A stretch of DNA of 64,000 nucleotides from Botryllus schlosseri (lineage: Eukaryota). The notes under the pieces were generated by a model. The model was not told where the DNA came from. It saw nothing but the letters and a program-made list of their open reading frames with translations, and ran no database searches. Below, piece by piece: positions 1 to 9,843 of the stretch. Numbering within the stretch: position 1 is the first letter of the stretch; every line of letters begins with the position of its first letter. Location: NCBI GenBank assembly GCA_051294905.1, contig CM119372.1:32366001-32430000 (forward strand), read 5' to 3'. The position numbers were made by a program, and so were the translations under genes.

Positions 1-2533
1 TATAAGAGGGAGCTGATGTTATGAACATTGTCAATTCGGTGGCAGTGTTCCGCCTTTGCACGTTCGATCTTAACTTGGGGCAACAAAGGCTATGATACCT
101 GATGCAGCAGAATAGAATAATTATTGCTCCCAATACAAGGGCCACGGGAATCAAAATGGAGCCCAAGCCAGAAAAGAGACCGCTCAATCCCTTTCCAAAT
201 AGGCCTCCTATTGCTCCAAGACCCTTCTGTAATAGGTGGCCCGCGCCCTTTCCGACCGATTCTATCAAACTTCCGGCCCCATCTGCCATTCCTTCTATCG
301 TTTTGCCGAAGTTCTCCATGAACTCTCTCCCCCCGGCAAATTCGAAGGGTTTTACCGATACATTTTCATAGCGCCAGTCGGACATATTCACGAACACACT
401 TCGGTTTAGGTCCTTTCTCCATACTTGTATGCTCAGGTCTATTTTATGCTGAGCTTGGTCCAGACGAAGGCGATTTGCCCGGAGTTGGTTCCCGATGTCA
501 TGTGTAGAGTTCTCGTAAGCGTCCCTATAGGCGACGAACTGCTGAGCCCATTCTTGTACCCGCAGTGTCCCCCTCCGGATTTGCGTACGATATATCTTGG
601 TAGAGTCAAATATTGACTTGCCGGTCAAATTGGCCAATTCCTGCATGACCAACCGATCGATGGCAAGTTCAGCTTCGCTCAACTCTTTAAAACTCTGGAA
701 CTGGGCGAGATCGTTGGTCGCCTGTCGTAGTATCATTTGGCGATTTCTCTCCATCATCTTCTGCATCCACACAAGTCGTTTGTCTGTTAGTGATGCCCTA
801 ACCTCCATACCGGCTACCAATTTGTCCAGTTTTTGTTGTTGCGCCGATTGAATCTGGGAGAGTTCATTAATCTTTTTCCCTAACTCGGTCGATCGTTGCG
901 TAGCTTGGAGCATTCTATCATTGATTTGATCTCCCAAATCTTCAGTTACTTTGTATAGTTCATCGGCGACGGTCGCCACGACAGCCACGGTTGCTATAGT
1001 GGCAAAGAGAAGAAAGAGCATTCCAAAGAACCGCCTGTGTCGACGTTTTTTATTTCTTATCAGTCCGCGGCCTAACAAATCCCCCTTTATTTCTATTGGC
1101 CCCCCTGGAAAACGGGGTCGGTTTCTCTCGGGGTCGAAATGTATTTGGTCCCAAAAGGCTGCTTTTAGTTCTGGTCCACCGACGGCATCCCGACAGATGT
1201 CCTCTGCGGTCATCACCCTTTTCTGGCAGTCCTCATCGGACCTTGTCATGGAGGGATGAGTCACCCATATGGGCATAATGTTGTAAGGCGAGCGCGGCCT
1301 GCTCGGGAGCCCATCGAATAAACTATTCCATTCGAAGCCTTGGTCGTCACGACCTTCCCAATTTGGGAACGATGCTTGTACCCATCGTATTCTTCGGGGA
1401 AAATTTGTAGTGGGCAAATCCCCCCACGTACTGTTATTCCTGATTGGCCACAGATTGCAGGAAGGTGGGTGGGCCATTTTGAAGCTTTTACGTTCGTAGG
1501 CCTCCCGTAGATGTTCGTAGCGCTCCTGGGTGATCAGTCCCGCCGTAGCCCGGCAATTAAACATAGGATGGTGGTGGCGTTCCCACGCGGAGTCCGGGCG
1601 AATGACATCTATTTCCTGTATTATGATATCTGCCTGGCTTGGTTCCAAGGCGGAAACCACTCCCGAAATCTTGCAAGAGATACAGATACCGTCTGAGCCT
1701 GGTAATGACGACACAAGGCGCTTGGGGTTTTCGTTAGGGTTTTTCCAATCGTAGGAAGACGAATAAAATTTAATCGATACTACTTTGTGCGGCCAGCAAT
1801 GTGCAAAGCTGGAGCTGCTGGCATTATACCTGTTATCCTGGTCCACTTTGGTCCAGTTCCATGTTCCCATCTCCAAACGCTCCGTACGGCAAACTGACCT
1901 CACTGCCGAGAAGCTCGCGAAAGCTCGCAACATGACAAGTTTAAACTTAGTCATCGCCATCAGGGTACCATTGACTTGGCCATTCACCAAGGCCTCCCTC
2001 AAGTCCCATCTATCCCTAGCGGCGTCCCAAGTCTCGCTCCAAAACCACTGTATCCTGACGTCATTCCCTATCGGACGTACGAATATCGTCTCCTGGTTCA
2101 GCACAGCGAAGGACAGGTTCGGTGAAATCTGACCCAGTCGTCGTTGGCAAAGGCAAGTGCGCTCAAAGTCCCGCACCTGTGACCAATATCGTCCTCGTGG
2201 AAATGCCATTTGTTGCAACGAAACCCGTTCAGCGACCACGTACCCAAAGGATTCACTGCGAAACAATTCCGGCCGACGATATGCGTGCCTTTTTCCCGTT
2301 TTATTGAAGATACTCATTATGTCGTAATCTTCCCATTGTGTCTCGTTGAGAACCACCCAATTCTCTGGCAACGAACCGTTCAGTTCACCCAATTTCCCTT
2401 GGGTAAAAGTTCGTCCCCTATTTGCTACAATATTTGTGGGTCCGTGCATGCCGTCCGCCGTCGTAGGCAGCATGCGATCAAGTGTGCAGCCGATACCAAG
2501 AGTGATAAAAAGAAGATAAACAAAGTCGTCCAT
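1..2533 (-). CDS. Viral-type class I membrane fusion (envelope) glycoprotein, at least 844 aa; C-terminus runs off the window
   Basis: Manual translation from ATG 2533 finds no stop down to base 2. N-terminal signal-like MDDFVYLLFITLGIGC; about 14 N-x-S/T sequons; polybasic site RNKKRRHRR (1057-1031) followed by FFGMLFLLFATIATVAVVATVA (1030-965); long helical Q/E/K/L-rich segment; Gly-rich amphipathic stretch; TM SILIPVALVLGAIIILF; tail CCIRYHSLCCPK. Confidence 0.88.
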   Translation of the reverse strand, partial: MDDFVYLLFITLGIGCTLDRMLPTTADGMHGPTNIVANRGRTFTQGKLGELNGSLPENWVVLNETQWEDYDIMSIFNKTGKRHAYRRPELFRSESFGYVVAERVSLQQMAFPRGRYWSQVRDFERTCLCQRRLGQISPNLSFAVLNQETIFVRPIGNDVRIQWFWSETWDAARDRWDLREALVNGQVNGTLMAMTKFKLVMLRAFASFSAVRSVCRTERLEMGTWNWTKVDQDNRYNASSSSFAHCWPHKVVSIKFYSSSYDWKNPNENPKRLVSSLPGSDGICISCKISGVVSALEPSQADIIIQEIDVIRPDSAWERHHHPMFNCRATAGLITQERYEHLREAYERKSFKMAHPPSCNLWPIRNNSTWGDLPTTNFPRRIRWVQASFPNWEGRDDQGFEWNSLFDGLPSRPRSPYNIMPIWVTHPSMTRSDEDCQKRVMTAEDICRDAVGGPELKAAFWDQIHFDPERNRPRFPGGPIEIKGDLLGRGLIRNKKRRHRRFFGMLFLLFATIATVAVVATVADELYKVTEDLGDQINDRMLQATQRSTELGKKINELSQIQSAQQQKLDKLVAGMEVRASLTDKRLVWMQKMMERNRQMILRQATNDLAQFQSFKELSEAELAIDRLVMQELANLTGKSIFDSTKIYRTQIRRGTLRVQEWAQQFVAYRDAYENSTHDIGNQLRANRLRLDQAQHKIDLSIQVWRKDLNRSVFVNMSDWRYENVSVKPFEFAGGREFMENFGKTIEGMADGAGSLIESVGKGAGHLLQKGLGAIGGLFGKGLSGLFSGLGSILIPVALVLGAIIILFCCIRYHSLCCPKLRSNVQRRNTATELTMFITSAPSY

Positions 2534-2565
2534 GGAGGCGGAATAGGCGGTACTGGCCACTGCAT
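2425..2565 (-). CDS. Putative 46-aa single-pass membrane microprotein overlapping the glycoprotein start
   Basis: ATG at 2565, stop 2427-2425: MQWPVPPIPPPWTTLFIFFLSLLVSAAHLIACCLRRRTACTDPQIL (Pro-rich N-terminus, hydrophobic span, CC, RRR). Shorter than any ORF in the supplied track. Confidence 0.35.
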   Translation of the reverse strand: MQWPVPPIPPPWTTLFIFFLSLLVSAAHLIACCLRRRTACTDPQIL

Positions 2566-2646
2566 AAGTTAGTTAATAACACGTCGTAGGCCTAATTTAT
2601 TGTCTGTAAAAACATAAACAAAACGTCCGTTTATGGCGGGCCACGA

Positions 2647-3636
2647 TTACAATTGCAGCTCCGCGGGCGAAGCGTCGTATTCATTGAGACTGTACTGTGG
2701 GTCGTTCCTAATAGTGCGTAGTAGTGCCAGAAAGCGATCACTTTTCTGGTGCTGGCGTTTCCATAACCACTCTCCTACGTAATCGGCCAGTAGATGGCGC
2801 GCTAGACCTCGGGATCGATGTAAATGATATTTCAGCGAGCTCCAACAAGCCTCCACGTCATTGGTAAACACCCCTTGCGGGCTTTTAAAGCCAGAGCTAT
2901 GATCTACAACCCCATGCGTATAGCCCCGTCCCCAGCTTTCTATGCCTTTATAAGAAGGGTATGCATCGGTCAGGATCGTTGATCCGCTGGCTACGTTTTC
3001 TTCAATGAGCTTCCGAAACACTGCCGCCGTTCTGTCAGCAGTTATTTCGATGAAGATTTTCCCTGTATTTCTATCTATTCCCCCAAACGCCCATATGGCT
3101 TTCCTGGCTGATCGTCCAGAAGAGGCGGCCTTGCGTTTCGCTAGATGGGTCTCGTCAAGAACAACACAGCCTTCAACGCCCCCCAAAGGACGTTTATTCC
3201 TCTGGAATTCAGCCGCGCAGATCTTTCGCAAGCGGCCACTCCACACGACCGTTGAACGCTTACTAACTTCGGCTTCATGGGCTATTTGGGTCTGTAGAGC
3301 GTCATGGGCCCAAAAATAGATCAGCATCAATAATTTAGGAAGTTCCACATTGCTATTTGCAAACAGTGAATACTTGCGTATAGTCGCCGTAGTATGGCAA
3401 GGTGTGCACCGCCATCTAATCCCATCGTCTACAGTAGACGTCGTCTCTTCCTTCATTTCTCTAAGGCATTTTTTACACTTCATTTTTCGCACCAACAGTC
3501 CGTGCTCCCTTAGAAACCGTACGCAATCACCTACGTTGAGCAACGCTCCCGCTTGTATTAATCGCAATACGTTGTATGTCCTTCCATGAACGCCTGCGTA
3601 AGCAAAATGGTAGAGCGTGTGCAGGTTTTCGGACAT
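2647..3636 (-). CDS. Merlin / IS1595 (ISXO2-like) DDE transposase, intact 329 aa
   Basis: N-terminal zinc ribbon CKKC...CTPC; catalytic motifs VVLDET, WAFGGIDRNTG, ILTDAYPSY, HGVVDHS, TNDVEACW typical of IS1595/Merlin; AATAAA on the minus strand at 2601-2596 after the stop. Confidence 0.93.
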   Translation of the reverse strand: MSENLHTLYHFAYAGVHGRTYNVLRLIQAGALLNVGDCVRFLREHGLLVRKMKCKKCLREMKEETTSTVDDGIRWRCTPCHTTATIRKYSLFANSNVELPKLLMLIYFWAHDALQTQIAHEAEVSKRSTVVWSGRLRKICAAEFQRNKRPLGGVEGCVVLDETHLAKRKAASSGRSARKAIWAFGGIDRNTGKIFIEITADRTAAVFRKLIEENVASGSTILTDAYPSYKGIESWGRGYTHGVVDHSSGFKSPQGVFTNDVEACWSSLKYHLHRSRGLARHLLADYVGEWLWKRQHQKSDRFLALLRTIRNDPQYSLNEYDASPAELQL

Positions 3637-4309
3637 CTACTGTCTCTTGCGAGGAAGCGCCGTTTTTTTCAACAGCGCGTCACTAGACGGTTCTCTCCTA
3701 TTTGTTTCCGTGCTATGGTTAGGCAGGTTGGATAATTCACCTGCTCCGTATGAGACCTAGTGAATTAAAAACCCTTATTTTCAATGTTCATGTACAGCAC
3801 ACATCGTATTAAAGTGAAACATTCACACTCCTATCACACACCCACAATTCAGTGTTCTACACTGGCGCCGTCTAAATTTACGGCGCTTACTTCACTTGAA
3901 CCGAAATTTCAATAAATTGCAGCTCCATTACGGTGGCGTTCTGAAGGAAATGGCTGCGGCCAAAAATCTTTGTTCGTTTTTACCTTCAATTTGAGACCAC
4001 ATCATTTTTAGAGCGCAGTGCCCCTTTAACCATACATTTGCTCAGCGACAGATTGATGATCGCATTGCTTGTTTTATCATTGGTGCGTCCGCATTTCATG
4101 CCGCGTTGACGGTGAGCAGAGGTGACAATCAACGTCGAGACGATAGTCCATGAACATATAATTTATGATGATATATTTCACATAAAACAAAGTTTGTAGA
4201 AATGCACACGACATAAATGCTTGACTGAATTGAATATACGCGAACCGAGCTATATGCATCGGAATCATGATTGGTCCTAATCGTTCAATTTCGATATATT
4301 GGCTTAAAG

Positions 4310-5571
4310 TAGTGGTTTTCAACCTTTTTCGAGTCATCGCGCCCTTTTCAACCTCCCCACCGATAATCACCCCCCCCCCCCCAAATATTGGGAACCGAAA
4401 AATGGACATACAAACTGTAATCACCGGCGATTTGACTAAAAAAGGTCATTTCTCGGACTTGACTCCGAAAGGACCGTAACAGCACCTCGTCAGCCCCCCC
4501 AAAAAAAACGTTGGTGATAAACCAAACTTCTGGGGCTTCGCCCTCAGACCCCCTCCCCGATACCTCTTTACCGCTACTTCTCAGCAAAAATTGTTGGACA
4601 CTTTAGTTAGTCGGCTTAATTCGCGCGAAGCCCGAAAAATTTCTATCATTCATGATTGAATCGGTCAATATGATCGGGAATTGCATATATATTGCTGTCA
4701 ATTTTTTATCCTCTCTCTGCTCATGTATTCAGATTTACCGTTAGAGCTGAGTGAGGTGTCTTGGAAAATGTAGGGCCCGTAAATAATAATTAAACATATT
4801 CGGGCGGACCCGTGAGTTAATGACTTCGTTACGTGATGGCATGTCTGCTACGTCAAACGATATTCAAATCGCCAGTACGTACTAAACTAAAAGACGCACA
4901 CGATTTCAAATTGGTATTTCTGCACTGGCAATTAATTTTTCTCTGCGGGATGGCATTTGTCTTGTGGGGTTCTGATTGCCAGGACAGGAACATTTGGCGC
5001 CAGCCATTTAGGTGCCCATGGACAATTAAACATATATGTATATCATATATATATATCGAAGTCGGTCAGCATAAAGGCAGTCCTTTTCCGCCAAGGTTTT
5101 CTCGTTCTGGCACACTTCTCGGAGTCGCATGTTACATGACCTGAAATTTCATATGTTTTGCTGCGTCATGGCGTGGTAATGGCTGGCGCCTAGATGCCCA
5201 TATCTATAACTCATGCGTATTATTTCTTTGGGCGAATAGTATCCAATAAGAAAGAAATTCGACACCGTTAAATCGCGCGCAGCGCGAAAAATTCTTGAGA
5301 AAGTTGCTTAAATTTCCAAAATAATACTCTATAATTTATGTTAATTCACAAACAATTTTGGGCCGCCTTTGAGCTCGGGCCCCCATCCCAATTGGGGGTT
5401 TGAGGTGCGACAGTTACGGTCCTGGACTCCAATATAGCCGTGTTACCGCGCCATCGCCCCCTGTCGTCCTCTTCGTCCGTTTTCGCCCCTATCGCCCCCT
5501 TCGCTATTTTCGCCCCCCTGGACCGCCAAATCGCCCCTGGGGGGCGATATCGCCCACGTTGGGAACCACTG
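4310..5571. mobile_element. Non-autonomous hAT-type element containing a nested repeat fragment
   Basis: Termini TAGTGGTTTTCAAC / GTTGGGAACCACTG; perfect 8-bp TSD GCTTAAAG (4302-4309, 5572-5579). Same family as 14598-14986. Internal ~4600-5424 is the reverse complement of ~43119-44230. Confidence 0.8.
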
Positions 5572-5827
5572 GCTTAAAGCAATGTTACCCAGATGTTTTC
5601 AGCTGGAGCTAAGTTTATCTCGACTGATTTAATTTAGAGAATATGACCGTCAAGTTAGCGATATCATTTTTCTCAGCCTTAAAGGCATGCCCAGGGCTAG
5701 GCTAGGGGCGTAACTCAATAAATATCCCGCGATTGTTTAAAATAAAGAGTGAAATCGCTGAAAGCGGACATAGGCTAGTTGCAAAGTAATCGCACCTCGG
5801 TGTGCAGCACACACTCTCAGCATGTGA

Positions 5828-6105
5828 CGAGATAGCGTAGTGGTATAATCCACAGCTACAACACCAATGGGTTGTGGGGTCGAGTCCGACCGAGGTGGAC
5901 TTCAGAATTCCTACCTAAGTGTTGGAGGTTTTTCTGGGCTTCTCATCGCCATCCCATTCGCGTAAGCGGTGTTTTACAAAAAATCCCAGAAGTGGGCCGT
6001 GCTACAAATCGGCATATACGGAATCAAAAACAAGAAATATCGGCCTGGTGTGAATGATCATAGTAGTGGAAAACACCATGAATACCGCAAACAACAACAA
6101 CACAC
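5828..6105 (+). mobile_element. tRNA-derived SINE
   Basis: Pol III A box (TAGCGTAGTGG), B-box-like GGGTCGAGTCC and a (CAA)n tail; the 3' half recurs at ~32530-32690. Confidence 0.7.
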
Positions 6106-7440
6106 TCCCAACAAAAAGCGAACCACGCTATGTAGTGAAACAGATGACTGCTAACTCTATTCACTGATGGGCTTGCTCAACAAATATATTATTTTCCAAT
6201 ATAGCGCTGATTGTTTGGCCTTGACGTGGCGCTTGTCAATCAGCTTCCCAAATAGGCCATGTGAGGGCTGACATTTTGTTCGGAACATTTCAAAACCGGA
6301 AACTGGATTTCGACTATAAAAAGGTTGGCAACGACTGACTGAATGGATTTGGCATTATTTGATTGCGCATTTCGTAATTGGTCATAACATGGCCACTATG
6401 TAGCGATTTCGGTGCGTATAGTAAAACGATTTGAAAAAATAAATTATCCCAGAATGCACCAGAAATGAATGTGGTCAGTCTGACATGGGCACTTCGCGTC
6501 CAGTTAGTTCATTACGACTATATGTCCTGGAATGCGGCCATAGGCCATACAGCAATCAAAATGCGGCCGTGAATACCCAAACTGTTGGCCACCCCTGCTC
6601 CAGTACCATACTTGCAGAAGAACAACTGCATACATTACATTTAACGGTGATTTCAATTTTAAGGTCCGCCAGTCCGCCATATATCTTTTGAGCTTTTACC
6701 GGTCCGCGAGGCGAAAAAGGTTGAGAACCACTGGATAAGTCAACACCAGTGAAATGGGGTAAAAGCGGGTAATTCGGGAGCCGAGTTAAGAAGAGGACTA
6801 TTGTACTATCGGTCGGAAATTCTTCAAAATCACCAGTTATCTTTTCCGCAACTAGAGCTCAAAATCTCAAAATATGGTAACCCTTCTATCTCCCATTTTA
6901 TGGCCAGCTACCCATCACCCTCGCCAACACCTCAAGGAAGACGATGGAAATCACTTTGGAAATCACTCCTTTAATATCATACCTTAGCGTTTCACTATTA
7001 TCGCTGAAACTTGAGAGACTTGATATTTGGGCGAAGAATTGGACATTCTCAGACTTGATCTGCAAAATCCCTAACTGACGTTTCGAACTTGTGGTCTAGC
7101 CATTGTGATAGATATGGTGTTATCCGTTATATCGTTATACTCCTAAGAAGTTAGTGTAAACCAGTGCTTCCCAACCGAAGGATTTATAAATGTTACAGTT
7201 TCCTATTCAATATCCCAAGTACCTTATATTTTCACGATTAGACGCGCTAATACAAGTTCCTACCCTCTAGAACCGGGGCGGCCAACCGGTGGCCCGCGAG
7301 AAGGTTTCGAATGGCCCCCGAGGTAAGTCTCGAAATTAGTTACAACATCAAAAAATGAATTACCCATGTAATTTATTGTGAACTTGCAAGACCAGTCGAA
7401 AATTTGATTAGCCTGACCGCCAACTTTGGGATGTTGATTA

Positions 7441-8080
7441 TTAGAATATCAGTTCCGAGGCATTGGCGTAGCCAGGGGCTATCCACATTTCTCGTAGATA
7501 TTCGTATATGACCTTGAAGTAGAATATATCGTGACAGATTTATTTGACTTGATAAGTTTTTTAGCACTTCGCGTTATTTATCATCACTCAATTTCCTGCT
7601 TTTAGTAAAAACACGCCCAATTTGCGGAATTGAGTCAAACTATATTCGCAATCGGTATTGGTATAGAACCGATCACAACGCTGTCTCGCCACGCATATTG
7701 CGAAGTATGAGTAACGAGTATCAATATCGAAGATTTCACTGAAGATGCGTCTATCATTTTATGCAAAGGTTTCATCGCCGACGATATTTCTGCGAGTGCA
7801 GACGCCAAGTCGCATGTTGGACGACACTGTCTCTGATAATTGCGAATATAGTTTGACTCGATTCCGCTAATTGGGCGTATTTTTAATTTTTAATTTTCAG
7901 GTGGGGCATGGATACTAAAAGCAAGAAATCGAGAGAAAATAAATAACGCGAAGTGCTAAAAAAGCTATCGAGTCAAATAAATCTACCACGAAATATTATA
8001 CTTTATGGTAATATACGAGGATCTACGAAAAAATGTGGATAGCCCCTGGCTACGCCAATGCGTCGCAACTGATATTTTAG
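7441..8080. repeat. Foldback (near-palindromic) MITE, ~640 bp
   Basis: 7441-7650 is the reverse complement of ~7840-8080 (e.g. GCATTGGCGTAGCCAGGGGCTATCCACA / TGTGGATAGCCCCTGGCTACGCCAATGC). Confidence 0.8.
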
Positions 8081-8438
8081 GGTTCTATACCAATACCGAA
8101 AAAATCATTACCGAGAATGGACATTACCGAGGATGGATACTACTGAGATTATATTTAATCGAGAATGGACGCCACCGAGAATGGACGCCACCGAGAATGG
8201 ACGCCACTGAAAATGGACATCAACGAGTATGGACACCACCGAGAATGGACAATACCGAGAATGTACATTACCGAGATTGGACACCATTGAGAAAGGACAT
8301 TACCGAGAATGGACAGCGCTGAGAATGAACATTACCGAGAATGGACACTACAGAGAATATACATTACCGAGAATGTATATTACCGAGAATGAACATTAGC
8401 GATAATGGACGCTATCGAGAATGTACGTTATCGAGAAT

Positions 8439-9843
8439 AGCTTCTTGGAGGTACAGAACTTCAATATACAATTGAATAGTATATTCATATTGAAATAAAC
8501 CCGAATATCTTCGGTTGACACTCGTCAGGGGTAATCGTCAGCAACTAGTAGAGAATTGGAAAGAACATCGTATATCAACAACCGTATCACAATATGACGT
8601 TACCAGCATAAAATTTCAAACGAGAGAGCGTTCAATGTACTATTTTTAGGAGCTTCTCGCTCAGCACGATTCCGTCAAACCACTCTTGTACCGCCGATAT
8701 GTAGATGATACTTTTGTCATATTCAGGAACGAGTCGGAGTGCGATCAATTTCTCATTCGCCTAAACTCGCTTCACCCGGACTTGCAATTCACAATTGAAG
8801 AAGAACGCAATAACTCACTGTCATTTTTGGACGTCTTAGTCGAAAAGCACAATACCAACAAATTTGAAACGTCTGTCTTCAGGAGACCGACATTCACAGG
8901 CCAATACCTTCGTTGGAATTCATTTAGTCCTCGACGTAGAAAAATCGACCTCATAGGCACCCTCGTGCATAGAGCGTTGATGATATGTTCCGGTAGCAAA
9001 CTGAGTTTTGAACTTGAAAACATCCGGAAAATCTTACTCGATAACGGTTACCCTGAACACGTCATCAACCGCGACATAAAGAGGAAATTAACGCAATTCA
9101 ATGCAGAAAAGTCAACAGATCCGAACGAACGAACAACCGAAGATGTTCATATCCATCTCCATCGGATTGGTCCCATTTCCACCCGATTTGAAAAACAATT
9201 GATTTCAGCGGTCAGTAAGTGTTACGACACAGTCAAAACCGATGTGATTTTTACGACTACACAACTGCTCCCTCAACACGCAAAGACGTGCTCCCTGCAC
9301 TTCAGCAAAGTAATGTAGTGTACGAATATAAGTGCCACTGTGATTGTGGCTACGTAGGAAGAACGTCAAAGCGTCTGCAGGAACGCATGAACCAGCATGT
9401 CCCCAGATTTATCAGAACACGTGCCTCAGGCTCGGTGAGAAGCTCACACTTAACTCATGCGCTTAAGCTTAATGCTGACAGATCAAAGGCCATTAATTCT
9501 GCTATCGGCAAACATCTATTAGATAATCCGATTTGTGCGAATAATTATCGAGACGACAGATTTCGCGTCGTTGGAAGGGGTCGTTAACACTTTCATTTGT
9601 GTGTCTTGGAGTCGACTTTTATCAAAATACACCAACCCAAACTCTGTCAACAAAAGGAGTTCGTGTACCACCTGGAAATGGTACATTGAACGCTCTCTCG
9701 TTTGACATTTCGTGTTGGTGACGTCATATTTTGTGATACGATTGTTGATATACGATGTTCTTTCCAATTCTCTTCTAGTTGCTGACGATTACCCATGACG
9801 AATGTCAGCCGATAATATTCGGGTTTATTTCAATATGAATATG
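8439..9843 (+). mobile_element. 5'-truncated Penelope-like retroelement (RT plus GIY-YIG endonuclease) with an inverted pseudo-LTR
   Basis: YRRYVDDTF RT motif (from 8686); frameshift near 9270; NVVYEYKCHCDCGYVGRT GIY-YIG motif; in-frame stop at 9585-9587, natural stop at 9689; ~8480-8645 is the reverse complement of ~9672-9843. Confidence 0.92.
8499..8532 (-). ncRNA. Minimal hammerhead ribozyme motif in Penelope pLTR (one core mismatch)
   Basis: Minus strand reads ACCC-CTGACGA-GTGTCAACC-GAAG-ATAT-TC-GGGT; a more degenerate copy lies at 9791-9824 (+). Confidence 0.55.

Larger units (their letters stand above)
1..3961 (-). mobile_element. Right-hand portion of a putative Merlin-transposase plus env element (extends left of the window)
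   Basis: Compact co-oriented intact genes and higher GC than the flanks; no TIR seen between transposase and env; candidate terminus ...GAAATGGCTGCGGCC (3961), with ordinary host MITE sequence from 4310. Confidence 0.55.

Noticed and set aside
1..2533. env as part of the gypsy element at 34612-39659
   Set aside because: That element is closed by its own LTRs and TSD 32 kb away and has no env.
102..2572. Many short plus-strand ORFs in the ORF track
   Set aside because: Antisense shadows of the long minus-strand glycoprotein ORF; no motifs of their own.
2647..3636. Bacterial IS1595 contamination
   Set aside because: It has a poly(A) signal, sits next to a furin-cleaved glycoprotein and is contiguous with eukaryotic repeats, which fits eukaryotic Merlin.
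2651..3926. 12-bp direct repeat AATTGCAGCTCC at 2651-2662 and 3915-3926 as a TSD around the transposase
   Set aside because: One copy lies inside the transposase C-terminal codons, no TIRs sit inside the repeats, and a 12-mer match in ~4 kb is plausible by chance.
5828..5900. tRNA genes (also 32060-32130 and 53965-54040)
   Set aside because: A and B boxes are present but no convincing cloverleaf, and each is followed by a SINE body and tail.
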